A stretch of 64,000 bases of DNA from Octopus vulgaris. Lineage: Eukaryota. A model generated the notes under the pieces. It worked only from the letters and a program-made list of their open reading frames with translations, was not told the DNA's origin and searched no databases. The stretch is taken from assembly GCA_951406725.2 (NCBI GenBank), contig OX597821.1, positions 42,718,001 through 42,782,000 on the forward strand, written 5' to 3'. Positions 41,601 through 52,828 of this stretch are shown here, piece by piece; positions within the stretch are counted from its first letter, which is position 1; each line of letters begins with the position of its first letter. The translations under genes and the position numbers were made by a program.

Positions 41601-44600
41601 ACATCTTTCAAATACTCTCCAGTGTCAATACATTTTATGTCAAGTAAGAGGTTAGGTTTTGCACTAATAATAACACCACGGCATAAATTAGAGGAATTGG
41701 GGTTAAACACACTACAGAGGGTATTTATTTTAAGTGATGGGCCACAGTAATTGACTGGTTGACAACAGAGTTTTTTGGACAGTTCTGAGTACTGTTCTTC
41801 CATGGTTGCAAGCCTGATATAGAAAATTCCAGGCTTTTTACTGTCTGTGATATGTGTCATGCGGCACTGAACTTTTTCAGAAGGCACAGCAGTGTTAGCA
41901 AAAAGTTTTGAAACAAACAACACATCTGGCATTGAATCTTTAGCTTCAAAAACATTTTCATCTTCAAATATGACATCCAAGTAGGATTTTGGTGGCTCCA
42001 CAGCACTGGACGGTTGTGTCAGCATAGCTGATTCAGTGATAAGATTCTTAGCACATCCTGATTTGATAAAGAGAGAAGCAATGTTGTTACCATCATCAAT
42101 CAAAATACACATTCCTTGGCCAATATTTTGGATGGTTAGTGTTTTGTTGAAAACTAAGTCTTCAAATATATCACAGGCATTTCTTGACCATTCCTCTTCA
42201 ATGGGCATTACATTAGCCAAAGAAAATTTATAAGCCAAAAATGGAATAGACTGAAACTTTTCAGCGAGTGGTTTGATGCCTTGGAGGGAAACTCTTTCCT
42301 GATTACCATAATCAACAAAACGAACAGCAGCATCATCAGTAGTGTAATCAACTATAACTGCACGATACCATTGATCATCAAGGTAATATTTAGCACAGCA
42401 AAACATTCCCACTTCAACTAAGGTCAAAGACTTCTCCAACCAATACTGCTTCGAATATTCACTATTTAATTCGTCAGCTAAGCTTTCTATCACATCATCA
42501 TCATCTAAAAACTGGACATAAAAACATTCTGGTGTGTATACATAGGAAACAGAGATTTCTTTGATGTCTCCAGTTGGTAGTTTATCGTCATTGGAAATAA
42601 CGGAAAGCTTTGAATTACTTCGTGATATTGTATCAGGTAAGTGAAGAGCAGTTGATGTCTGAGCAGCAGAGCTAGATATGAACTGTTCTAAGTGGACAAC
42701 AATAGATGTATTATGGTCCACAATCAGATCCACTTCATAAATTTCAGTAGTCTGGTCATAATTTAAGAACTTGGCCTGTACTGATTTTTCGAGAACAAGT
42801 TCTGAAAAAACACCATTTACAATAGAGAGGTGAGAATATACATCAGACAACTTACAGTGGGAAGCTAACCGAGGTAGTTGCATATATTTGGAAGTCATCT
42901 GACGAATATTCTCAAAGGTTACTCTCTCAGTATTTCCATAATCGACAAAGAGAACATCAACATTGTTGTGTTGTATGTCGAGCACTAGTGCTCGGTACCA
43001 AGTCTTATTCCCCAAGTTTTTGGCAATACATGGGTTGCCAACAACCAGATCACCTGGTTTAATATGGGGAAGAGTCGAGGAGTTGCCATCTGCCACCAAT
43101 GAATCCATCAGCATTTCTAATTCCTCAGAAAAACCAACTAACTGGCACCAGAAATCAAAAATGGAAGTGTAGTAAGAGACTACTACAGCAGCTGGTTTAT
43201 CAAAACGTGGTTGTATAACTTTGTAAGTTTGAATGATATTTTTTGACTGGCGATGTCCATTTGGTTCCTGATGTTGTTGAGGCTTAACATTTACTATTGC
43301 AGCCAGTCCTAACTGTAAGAATTTCTCAGCTATGGAAACTCCATTGAGTTTCAGTTCTACATGGAATATACTTTGAACCTGTTTCTTGAAAGTACACAGG
43401 ACATTTTCTTCAATGTTTTCCAAAAATAGTTTTGCATCCTGTCCCCATTCTCCAAAAGAGATTGGTTTAATGTCAATCAAGCGACAACGCACAGCTTGAC
43501 AACAATGTCTGGTGAATACAGGAACAAGTGGTTTCAGATTAGTTATAGGTGTAACTTCATCGTTGCCAAAGTCCACAAACCGGACACGTACATTAGAAGC
43601 AAATATCTCTTCAACAACTGCTCGATACCATGCAGAGTCTTCACTGAACTGGGCAACTACAAAAGTTCCAACAGTTACAAGGCCTTCATATCTTTCTTTT
43701 AATTTGTCATAATAATCTTGCATATTTTGTACTAGTTCATCTAGCTGATGTTCATTGCTGACCAGTTGTAACCAAAAAGCATCTGGACTATTGACCCAAG
43801 ATATAACAACAGGTAAACTTGTACCATTCGCTATGGTCAAGGGTTTTAAAGTATTTGTATTTTCCACAATGGAAACTAGATTCTTTTTGGACAGTGGGTC
43901 AAACAATTCAAGGACGTAAGTTTTCTGTAAACATGACAATACTTTTGCAGTGACTCGGTGATCAAGTGCTAAGTCCTGTAATGCATTTATCTGAGATTCA
44001 GACCAAATAGTTCCGGGAGGCAAGTTGAGTGAACATTTCACAGCTATAGTAGGTACATCAATAAAGCGATGTGGCAACATTCTCAGTTGAGAAAATGGTA
44101 AAATTTCAGCATTTCCGTAATCAACATAGAAAACGGCTGCTTGGTCTTGTTTCACATCTACTATTTCAGCTCGATACCACATGCCATCATCAGTAAATTT
44201 AGCTAGACATGGTGTTTGAGATGGCGGCATAGTCTTAAAGGTGCCATATGCATTGTCACACTGGTTTTCATTCAGTTCCTTCATCAAGCTTTTCAAAGCA
44301 TTGCCCATACAGACAGGCTGACACCAAAATTCATGTGGACTTATCAAAAATATCATACAAATATCTAAGCTGTCACCAACATTTAATTTGTAGTTTTGGT
44401 AACCCACATTTGCATATGAATCACTTGTAGAACCATTGACATTAGGGAGCAAATTCCTTTGACTTCGACCATTCTTTACAGGAGACCGTCCTTTTGGTGA
44501 GATTCTTTTGCTTGTTGAATTTCTTGATTCTGATGCAACAGTGACCTTTAAATTGGACCTATCACGACCAACACTGACCGATCGAAGAGACGGGTCACAT

Positions 44601-46601
44601 TGTAGTTGATCATCGTCATCATCATCTTCATCATTACCAGCTAAACAAAGACTGTTAGTGAGCTGACCAAATATGAGGTTGATACAGACATCTTCATCTT
44701 TACTCAGTTCAACTGCATGGATGCCTGATGAACTGACAGACTTGAAAGTGGCAGTGAAAAACTGTTCGAGAACTAAGTCTTCAAACTGAGCAATGTGTTC
44801 TGGTGACCAATAACTCCGAACATTTGTGACTCCATGCAGACAACATGGAATTCCTTGAGCAGGCATCTCCATAAATTCTGGTTTTGTCACTTTAATAAGA
44901 TGCTTGGGAACAAGTTCAATGTTGCCATAATCTATGAAGAATACTTCTACAATATTGTTGGTCAGTTCTCCTGAAATAAAACAAAAGAAAAAAAAAGCAA
45001 TGATAATATTAGTATCAAGAAATAACTTGAGTACAGAATTTGAAGAAGTGAGGAATGTATTTCAAAATGTCAAAACCCTAATAAACATTAACCCTTTCGT
45101 ATTTGACACTTTAGCATTCAGATTACTGTCAAATATAATGCTTATTTATTCATACTGTTTTCAATTAACCAGGTATTATCTTGTAGCTTTGAAATTTCAA
45201 AGATGTGACTTTATTTTTAGAATGACATTATAAGGTAGATGGCAGGGGCCAGATCTAGCCAGTTTGAACATAAAACAGGTAGAATATTTTGGCCAGATAT
45301 GGCCGATTTGAATACTAAAGGGTTAAACCAGTCCCATTTGGCCCCTCATACCTATCCTACAATATCATTCTAAATATATTCAATCACATAAAAATCTCAA
45401 AGATACAAAATTATGCATGATTAATTCAAAACAATACGAATGAATAAACATTACCTTTGACAGTTTAATCCGAAAGTTAAAGTGTTAAAACTAATATATG
45501 TCAGCACTATCCCACGAAAAGAAGAGTTTGGTTATAAGGAAATACAGAAAGTGAACAATTCTCTAAGAATCACATAAAGTATGATTGAACCAGAAGAGGG
45601 TTGAGTTAAGAGTCAAACACAAAAATGCTTTGGGATTATGTGACCAAAAATAATAAAAACCTATAAGTGAGAAGGAGAAAGCGATAGAAAGAGAAAGGAA
45701 GAGAGTTCACACTAATTAGATTGTTATTAGATCACCAATGTTATCATTACAGAAAGTTTACTATGTTTATAACAAATTAGATTCTTATTTTACTGACATT
45801 AGTCACTGGACTGTTGGCACACATGTTGGTGCACAAAATGAGGGTTTTAGTCAATTAGATCAAACCCAATACTTACTTCAGTCCTCTATTTAATGAATGC
45901 CTAGTATTCCTTCAATGTAAAGGAACATAAATCATCACACTGTTTTATAGACACAATTATACATATACAAACTTATTTTGTTTCTCATTCGTTTTTATAT
46001 GCCAGAATGAGTTAGGTGAGTATATTATTGAGACGTTTTACAGCTAGATACCCTTTCTGTCGTTAACTATTATTTGATTTTCCTTTTTCAAGTAAAGAAT
46101 AACTTTTCTCATGTATCATTGAAGGTGAAAAACCAGTAGATAACCGGCTGATGATAGGAGAAATGGCAGTAATGTTCCTGCCTGTAGCTAAGTGAATTTT
46201 CAGAGAAGCACAAATGCAAGCTAATAGACACACAATGAGTTTCTTTCAGATTTTGTTCTCCAAATCTACGCATCAGGTTTTGGTTGGTCTAAGACTATAG
46301 AAAGACACTTGCCCAAGGTGATGCAGCGTGAAACTGAACCTGAAACCAAATGATTCAGAAGTGAACTTCTTAACTACACAACCATGTCTGCATCCACACA
46401 TACAAATATTATACCTCTCTCTCTCTCTGCATGTATGTATGTGTGTGTGCATATATATATATATATATATAGCCTGCCCACCTGATCAGCAGAATGGTGT
46501 CATTTAAATAGTACAACATTGCAAAGTGTACTGTGACCTGTGATGCATAACATCTGATAACCCAGTTTATACATAAATACATATGTATGTGTGTGTGTGT
46601 G

Positions 46602-46636
<35 letters not shown>

Positions 46637-49284
46637 ACACACACAAGATAAGTTTCCACAGTTGTCATTCACCAAATCTCATCAATCCAGGGTTATGATG
46701 GAAAACACATGCCTATTATATTGCACAATAGGGTTAAACCCAGAACTGTGTAGTTGTGAAGTGAACTCTTTAAGCACATGGCTATATTTGCGCATGTGTT
46801 ACAAATAACATTAAACACTAAAATTCGACATCAGTGTTGATATATGTGGACAAACTAGATGTACTTTGAAAAGTCAACTAACATTTCACAACTTTTATCA
46901 CCGACAATCATAAGGATTAAGGGATAGTTGTAATGATAATGGAAACAGGTGTACTGCATGGAGAGAACTAACATTTCACAGCCGTTATCGCTAATGACAA
47001 TGATGACCATTTACCTTCTATTTTTTACTCTACCAAATCCACTCACAAGGCTTTGGTCAACCCGAGGTTATAGTAAAAGACACTTGCCCAAGGTGTCACA
47101 CAGTGGGACGGAACCTGGGACCATATGGTTGGGAAACAAGCTTCTTATCACACAGCCATACCAGTGCCTATGATGATGATAATTGAGGAATAGTGGTAGT
47201 GTGATGAAAATAAAATTGCAAATTTACTGAAAGTAACTTACGGTTAACTTTGGCTCTGTACCACGATTTATCCATGCTATATTGAGCTATGCACGGTTGG
47301 CCTGGTGATACTAACATCAAGATTTCCTCTTCAGGTTGCAATTGGGAATAATGCATATGAATCTTGTCTGCAAGTTGGCCAAATGCTGGTGCATATCTCG
47401 TACCTTGGCAGTGGAAATATTGTGGACTGGTAACATGAGTAATCATGACATTGAGAGAGGTACCAACTGGAAACTCTGGGCTCTTAAATCCATATGTGAA
47501 GGATCCAGATCTGAAAATATAATGTTGAAAAATAATATACATACTTGTGTGTACATTTCAGTGTATACACATGATTATCCCAAGAGCTATTGTAGAAAAC
47601 ACTATCCCAAGTTGTTGCACAGTGGAACTGTACTGGAAACCATGCAGTTGCAAAGTGACTTTCTTAACTACACACACACATTAGCTCTTTTAATCTACTA
47701 TGGGTATAGACAGACCTGCATTCAATACAGAATATGGTGTCACTTGTAAATGCTTCTCCATTGGAACCAGCTGTTATCTAATAGTGCAAGTAGGAAATCT
47801 ATTCCATTTGGTACTTTCTTATAGAATAAAATCTGTCTTTTAATTTATGTTCCGTATTTATTTTCTACATTACAGCAAACATATTTACTAGAGTTTCTTC
47901 TAGAATGTTATTTGTGGTACTTCACTATGTATTACTAAATGTATATTTAGGATAAAGCACCACTGATTACTATTTATTGTTCACCTACAAAGAAATGAGA
48001 GAGATACTGCCCAGATTTTATTTAATGGCAACATGACAATGCCATATACAAAGGTAAATCAAAAGTAATGCAAATAACAACTGCATTAGTTTCTGACTCT
48101 TCCCTACCTTTTCTACTTATCCCAGAACACTTGTTCCTCATAATATTCACATTCTCACTCAATTTCCACCTCTCACTCTCCTACACAGCCTCCCAACCTC
48201 AACCCACCAATATTCCCTGTTCTCCTGTCCACACTCACTTCTGCTCACCTTGTCCTTATATCTCGAGGATCCACTGCGACACCTCATTACTTTTAATCTC
48301 TTTTCAGCTGCACCCCAACCACCCCAACTCTATAGTGTGAGTAACCATGTAGCTCTTCTATTGCAAGAAACCCGTTCTGCTTAGGCCCTTTCTCTCAGAC
48401 TTGAACCCTTCTTACCCTAATTTAAAGCTGCTTCTCTAATGTAGTCCTACTTATTTGAAGGAGACCGGTTTTGCAAGCTTGCATGGTGACCGTGCTGGTG
48501 CCATGAAAAAAAGCACCTAGTATATGCTGCAAAGTGGTTGGCATCAAGAAGGGTATCCAGCTGTAGAAACCATTCCAAAGCTGACACTGGGGTATGCAGT
48601 CTTTAGACCTCTCAAATCTTGTCAAACTATGGAACATGGACATTGAATGATGATTAATACCAGATATTTCAGCAAAATTTGTTGAAATCCTTGACAAATA
48701 CTAAATATATGCAATATACTTTGGTCCAAAATATTACGATGTTCAGTTGGTGATACTCAACTCCTATTCTCTCCAGAAACTTTTCTATATATAACTGAAA
48801 AAGTATTTTATTTAATTTGGTAATGGTCATGTGCTTGTTTTTAAGGGGTATTTTTTACTAATTAGCCACACACACTTATATACTTGGTGGTCTTCACTTC
48901 AGCTTTATTTTCTTGAATAATAATAAAGCTGAGTGAAGTTAATTGGAAAAGAATAAAAACAAAACAGAAAAAACATTCCCAAATGTAACAATATCTGCTT
49001 CAACACACAATTTCTCATCACAAATCTTATAAAACAAATACACAAAAAACATTTTTTTTTTGTTTTGGTAAGTGCGGTTTCCTTGAAGGGACAGACAGAA
49101 GAATCACTTCAGAAACTTTCAACCAAATGCAACAGCTGCAGGGAAATACTATCATCAACATTTTTAAAGAAAGGAACAAATCATAATAGCAGAGAGTTAC
49201 CGAGTTTTCACAGAAACTTGAGATTTTGAATAGCCTTCCCCCGGAGATATTACTGGCATCATATTGAAGCTGAGGTAGTTATGC
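8328..49284 (-). CDS. Multi-Tudor-domain protein gene (Tudor/TDRD6/TDRD15-like); 11 predicted coding exons, about 2,640 aa, 10 extended Tudor domains; 5' end uncertain
   Basis: Exons 49201-49284, 47242-47510, 41320-44970, 39601-40672, 35084-35173, 29445-31572, 25863-26028, 21531-21740, 17554-17604, 11300-11359 and 8328-8473 all have GT-AG borders and compatible phases, giving one stop-free frame (7,927 nt). Repeated motifs PCxAxY/FxxDxxWYRA...VxFVDYGNxE...LPxxAxxCxL are typical of extended Tudor domains. Confidence 0.88.
8809..10899 (-). mobile_element. 5'-truncated RTE LINE (RT + PHD + 3' UTR) in the last Tudor intron
   Basis: Protein from GVIPNDW onward closely matches the 54606 ORF (YADD, CSICRKGVGRNS..); one in-frame TGA at 9685-9687; 3' repeat units at about 8960-9255; (CAT)n tail at 8809-8827. 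Confidence 0.93.
11300..11359 (-). CDS. Tudor gene candidate micro-exon (60 nt; DSDDNPQEHISISPCNHSVK)
   Basis: Acceptor ttattactgtag, strong donor AAG|gtgagt; symmetric phase 1-1, open frame. Confidence 0.6.
13327..13860 (-). mobile_element. Older RTE-tailed non-autonomous element; related pieces at about 4650-4905, 32497-32645 and 48330-48655
   Basis: (CAT)n tail, ttccatgctggcatg, ggatgtccttcctaa and cttgcaagacaaa motifs recur across these loci; no ORF. Confidence 0.55.
15717..15903. mobile_element. Second TTAA/CCC-ended MITE family; related copy at about 19700-19890
   Basis: TTAA|cccttctgttac ... gtatcaaaaggg; interior (tttagaacataaattaa) shared with the 19.8 kb copy. Confidence 0.55.
17554..17604 (-). 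CDS. Tudor gene candidate micro-exon (51 nt; ELSFHDISCCRDSCLSD)
   Basis: Acceptor ctttgtttcag, donor gtaatt; symmetric phase 1-1, open frame. No homology support. Confidence 0.55.
21531..21740 (-). CDS. Tudor gene exon, C-terminal SN-like part of the last domain
   Basis: EFTDSEQLEMRIDV..YGVYLY..NLNDRMIDLGHA resembles the closing helix of extended Tudor modules; phase-1 acceptor ttgttaaag; donor gttagt overlaps an in-frame TAG at 21526-21528. Confidence 0.82.
21895..23195 (+). mobile_element. Degraded 5'-truncated RTE fragment
   Basis: GVHQGSFFSPLLF, YADD, KGRLYDACV and GRPRKTWDEVV in broken frames. Confidence 0.88.
24599..24843. mobile_element. piggyBac-like MITE; another copy at about 36064-36275
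   Basis: TTAA|ccctttaacatt ... aatgctaaagag|TTAA; interior shared with the 36.1 kb and 45.1 kb copies. Confidence 0.75.
24880..25455 (-). mobile_element. RTE 3'-end fragment
   Basis: Reverse complement of the GRPRKTW/KHDL region plus the shared tail (gcatgggtt..gatgg..cagctggatgccc). Confidence 0.75.
25475..25710 (+). mobile_element. tRNA-derived SINE, family C
   Basis: A box tggcctagtggttag and B box ggttcgactc, followed by a non-tRNA body. Confidence 0.65.
25863..26028 (-). CDS. Tudor gene exon, second half of Tudor 10
   Basis: VFFVDIGKE..PPAMSIHCFLVDVLPLNSSWS continues the domain in phase 0; acceptor ttgtttcag, donor gtagct. Confidence 0.88.
26308..26562 (-). mobile_element. RTE 3' tail with one array unit
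   Basis: Near-identical to the reverse complement of about 58350-58605; (CAT)n tail. Confidence 0.85.
27175..27398 (-). mobile_element. tRNA-derived SINE, family B; relatives at about 32015-32225 (-) and 32700-32910 (+)
   Basis: Head ggcaagctggcaaaaacgttagc, B-box-like gagttcaaattcc and body ggtcaactttgcctttcatcctttc shared by three copies. Confidence 0.78.
29445..31572 (-). CDS. Tudor gene exon, Tudor 9, acidic linker with 10-aa repeats, start of Tudor 10
   Basis: PCLAKYSEDGALYRAEV..FCDYGNIE..LPKQALHCSL, then a long D/E/S/T-rich tract, then PCLAEIENSWQRGII; acceptor tactttgtag, donor gtaagt. Confidence 0.93.
30400..30855 (-). repeat. Coding 30-bp minisatellite, about 14 units of (S/P)PETEAVTS(M/I)
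   Basis: Unit actgcttcagtttctgg(g/a)g(a/g)(c/t)atagatgta repeats with exact 30-nt period inside the exon and degenerates at both edges. Confidence 0.97.
35084..35173 (-). CDS. Tudor gene small exon (90 nt; WTGQMKVKECKEDNLYVVSLIPAELSSSHNR)
   Basis: Acceptor tttctctttttag, donor gtgagt; phase 2-2, open frame bridging the 39601 and 31572 exons. Confidence 0.8.
36916..38543 (-). mobile_element. Tc1-family DNA transposon, IR/DR type, 1,628 bp
   Basis: 224-bp TIRs (36916-37139 and 38320-38543, about 3 mismatches) starting CAGTTGCGGCCAAAATG; TA on both flanks; outer and inner direct repeats gcggccaaaatg(t/a)tcagaa. Confidence 0.96.
37186..38201 (-). pseudogene. Tc1 DD34E transposase, disrupted
   Basis: HTH and GRPRK, then FSDES, FMQDNAPCH and WPAQSPDLNPIENVW (34 aa between D and E); 1-bp frameshift near 37978 and a TGA at 37783-37785. 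Confidence 0.92.
39601..40672 (-). CDS. Tudor gene exon, Tudor domains 7-8
   Basis: VTHLVTPENFWCQ..DGKFYRGKV..VDFGNTE..LPMQAFECHL; second domain NVYRAIL..IDCG..LPPLAIHC; acceptor ttttacag, donor gtaagt; phases 1 and 2 match the neighbours. Confidence 0.93.
41320..44970 (-). CDS. Tudor gene giant exon (3,651 nt), end of Tudor 1 and Tudor domains 2-6
   Basis: 1207-aa ORF with WYRA/VDYGN motifs (DGMWYRA..VDYGNAE, DSAWYRA..VDFGNDE, KTWYRA..VDYGNTE, DQWYRA..VDYGNQE) plus one degenerate domain; acceptor tttatttcag at 44971-44972, donor gtaagt at 41319. Confidence 0.95.
45092..45484. mobile_element. Two nested piggyBac-like MITEs of one family
   Basis: Outer copy (reverse orientation) bounded by TTAA at 45088-45091 and 45485-45488; inner copy 45107-45322 bounded by ttga and TTAA. 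Confidence 0.72.
47242..47510 (-). CDS. Tudor gene exon, first half of Tudor domain 1
   Basis: VMITHVTSPQYFHCQ...PCIAQYSMDKSWYRAKV; acceptor tttcag, donor gtaagt; joins in phase to RELTNNIVEVFFIDYGNIE in the next exon. Confidence 0.9.
49201..49284 (-). CDS. Tudor gene exon (84 nt), possibly carrying the start codon (MMPVISPGEGYSKSQVSVKT)
   Basis: Acceptor ttttacttatatttcag, donor gtaact; only one frame is open and its terminal CG joins the A of the next exon in frame. ATG ATG begins at 49262. Confidence 0.65.
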
Positions 49285-49921
49285 CTGAAATATAAGTAAA
49301 AGATATATGTAATAATGGATCAATATCAGTAAAAAGCTATTGCTGCAATTGATTGTCCATAGAAGTGTGTCTCAATCATACATTTACTTGTATAGGTTGA
49401 ACTGTGTAAATCATTAGTGAAAGAAACCTAGCTGTTTCTAGCAAAATTTCATGGACCCTTAAAATAATGCTGCAGATCCAATTTATTATTTTGCTTGCAT
49501 GGACCTTCAATGGGTCATATGGACCCCAAATGAAAATCACTGGTCTGTAGAAAAGATAAGCAACAGAGGGTAGAATTCTGCTTTATGCACAGCAATATAA
49601 CCAACCACTCAGAAGATTTATTTTTTTGAATTCTAAGAAAATTTTGTGAATTTGTATCCCACACAGAGGAATTCATATGATTATGCAAAAACTGAAAGCA
49701 AAAAAATTTTGCTGTGTGATTTAAAGGCTATTTAGCTGTTATTTTTAGCACATCTCATGGCCACCTCATACCCTCATTGTTTGTTTGTCAGTTTGATGTA
49801 TTGATGTTTTTCAATATCTTCTTGATGACACTTGTTTACAACTACCATGTGATATCAAAGCAACGAAACACTAAGACATGCATGCACAAACACATACATA
49901 TATGTACAGTAAATAGATATA

Positions 49922-50129
49922 CTTTTTAACTTTTACTTGCTTCAATCATTTGACTGTGGCCATGATGGGGCATTGCCTTGAAAGGTTTTAGTCAAACAAA
50001 TCAACCCCTAAGCCTAGTATTTATTCTCTAGGTCTCTTTTGCAGAACAGCTAAGTTACGGGGAATATAAACACACCAACACTAGTTGTCAAGAGGTGGTT
50101 GGGGGACAAACACAAAGACACACATCCAC

Positions 50130-50166
<37 letters not shown>

Positions 50167-50312
50167 ACTTCTTTCAGTTTCTGTCTACCGAATCCACTCA
50201 CAAGGCTTTGGTCAGCCCAAGGATATAGTAGAAGACTTGCCTAAGTTACCATGAAGTGAGACTGAACCTTGAACCATGTGGTTGGGAAGCAAACCTCTTG
50301 CCATATAAGCAA
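49922..50312 (-). mobile_element. tRNA-derived SINE, family A; partial copies also near 24240, 26830, 33370, 46240 and 47030
   Basis: Colinear with 2887-3278 (ttttacttgcttcaatcatttgactgtggccatg...aatccactcacaaggctttgg). Confidence 0.8.
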
Positions 50313-51387
50313 TGGGCTTCTTTCAGTTTCTGCCTGCTAAACCTGTTCACAAAACTCTAGTTGGCCCAGGACTGTAGTAGAAAGCACTTGTCTAAAGCTC
50401 CACACACTGTGTTACATCTCTAAACTTCTGAATTCAGAAAACAAACACAGGCACACCTGCACAATAACAAACCCAACACAAAAGTTTGTTTATTCAATTC
50501 AAGTATCATGATCTACTTTAAAAGTTCAATGTTCTTAAAATAGCAATTGTTAAGAGTGCGTTTGTTTCAAAACAATCAGTACAGTGAAACAAAATAAAAA
50601 CGCTTATTCTATGCATGAGTAGCCAAATATGTAATGTATTAAAAAAATAAATTAAAATCTGTAAGTATATAGGGCACTGTGTTTATGTGTATTTTGAACA
50701 AAGAAAAACCAATTTTTTGCTTCACTTTTATATTTCAACTAAATTAGAATTTATTTTAGTTATATTAAAGTTCAACTTCACTATTACTTCCAAGTTCAAC
50801 ATGGTTTCTTTTGCTTCGTACACTTCCTAACTACAACCACTTTGCAGAGCGTACGGAGTGCATTTCAAGCAGTGAGGTTGTCATGTCCTTAGTAAGACAA
50901 AAGAATCCTTTAGATATTGCATTGCCTCTAATATTATAATCAATTTGGGGGATAAAACTGTATTTTACCATGGTGCTAACTGGATAGGTTGTCATGTCTT
51001 CAACAAGACAGGATTAACCATCTCAAACTTGAGACCCTGTGTCTAATTCTACCCTCCAACTGGACTTCTGAGCGAAAAAATAAACAGTTGCATATATACA
51101 GCTCACAAGTAACAATTGCAGGAAAACTAATGGACAGAATCACAAAAAAACATTCAGAAGAAAAACAATAACAGGCCCTTCTCTCAACTACCATATTTAT
51201 TATGGTAAACAGGGATGGAATCACAAAAAAAAATCCAGGAGAATAACAATAATAGCACTATGTCTCAACTACTGTATTCGTTCACCTGAATCACTGAGGT
51301 TGCCATGGTACCCTGTAAGACAAAAAGAGGATCCACCACTGTATGCTGTCCAATAGTAGGTGGGTAGAAGGTGTAAATGAATATATA

Positions 51388-51441
<54 letters not shown>

Positions 51442-51473
51442 TGTGTGTATATGTATATATATATAATTGTGTA

Positions 51474-52045
51474 TCATCATCATCATCATCATCGTTTAAC
51501 GTCCGTTTTCCGCGCTAGCACGGGTTGGACGGTTTCGACCGGGGTCTGGGGAGCTAGGGACTGCCCCAGGCTCCAGTCTAGTCTGGCAGAGTTTCTACGG
51601 CTGGATGCCCTTCCTGAGTTTCTACGGCTGGATGCCCTTCCTAACGCCAACCACTCCGCGAGTGTAGTGGGTGTTTTTTACGTGCCACCTGCACAGGTGC
51701 CAGAGGGGTCTGGCATCGGCCACGTTCGGATGGTACTTTTTTATGTGGGGGGGGGGTGCAGAAATATAGGGGAGCACCAGTGGGGAGGGGTGGTTCAGAG
51801 AAATGATGACAGGTTCTAGGCAAGTAGAACGTAGGATATCAAGAGAGGGGTAATGCATGGTGAAATAGCGTATTGAAGAGGGGGTTCGAAGAGTAGACAC
51901 CTATTATGGTGGTGGGAGAAGCGACATCCGGTATGGATGGAGCAAAAATATAGAGATATCCGGTATTGGTGGTGGGGGTGGGCAGGGCGGGTGCACCGCG
52001 AATACACGATGGTTGATGAATACACGAGAGGCGAGATGGGTAATG
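51474..52045 (-). mobile_element. RTE-tailed non-autonomous or internally deleted element
   Basis: (CAT)n tail and RTE 3' end (51474-51745) joined to a GC-rich segment; contains an internal 27-bp duplication (gagtttctacggctggatgcccttcct). Confidence 0.65.
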
Positions 52046-52280
52046 GATAAATTAGTTAAAATAATTATAGATATAGAAATTAGTTAAAAATAGTTAGATA
52101 GATAAGAAAGCATGTATGATTGATGGGGAAGTGAAAATAAATAAATAAATAAGCATTCAACTTATCTGCTAGATGAATGAATGAATGTAAGAGCAGAAGT
52201 TTGGGGCTGATATATATATAAATATAAAAATGGAACAAAAACGCAATGGAGGAAAATAAAACATTTGGACAGACGATGCA

Positions 52281-52828
52281 AAGGCGAACAGGTGAAATAA
52301 CAATTAGAAGGACAGGAAAAAAAGACCGGTCATTCATGGCCTTCTTTCCTCAGTCAAGTTTACCAGATGTCCTTACTGTTTCGGGCAGTTACACTTGAAA
52401 CAGTTCGATCTGGTTGCCCCCCAAAAAGTCTAAGCTAACAGCATTAGATTTTTTGTAAGAAAGCTAGTGAATGTGTTCGGCAACAAAGACAAAAAACGAA
52501 GAGCATGGTGCACAATTACAAATACAAACAGCAAGAAAATAACAACAGGTGTCTTTCAACTGAGAACGAATCAAATTGAGCTGGTGTGTATGAAGTGAAA
52601 GCCTAAAGGCAGGAACATAGGTGATGGACATAAGAGATGTTGATGGTCAGCAGTCAGGCCAAGAAAGGCAGACAGGAGAAACAACAATTAGAAGGACAGG
52701 AAAAAAAAGACGGGTCATTTGTGGCCTTCTTTCTTCAGTCAAGTTTACCAGAAGTCCTTACTGTTTTGGGCAGTTGCACTTGAGACAGTTCGATCTGGTT
52801 GTCCCCAAAAAAGTCTAAACTAAGAGCA
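52281..52828. repeat. Diverged direct repeat of about 160 bp (52281-52443 and 52665-52828)
   Basis: acaattagaaggacaggaaaaaaagac..cagtcaagtttaccaga..cagttcgatctggttg..aaaagtcta occurs twice. Confidence 0.85.
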
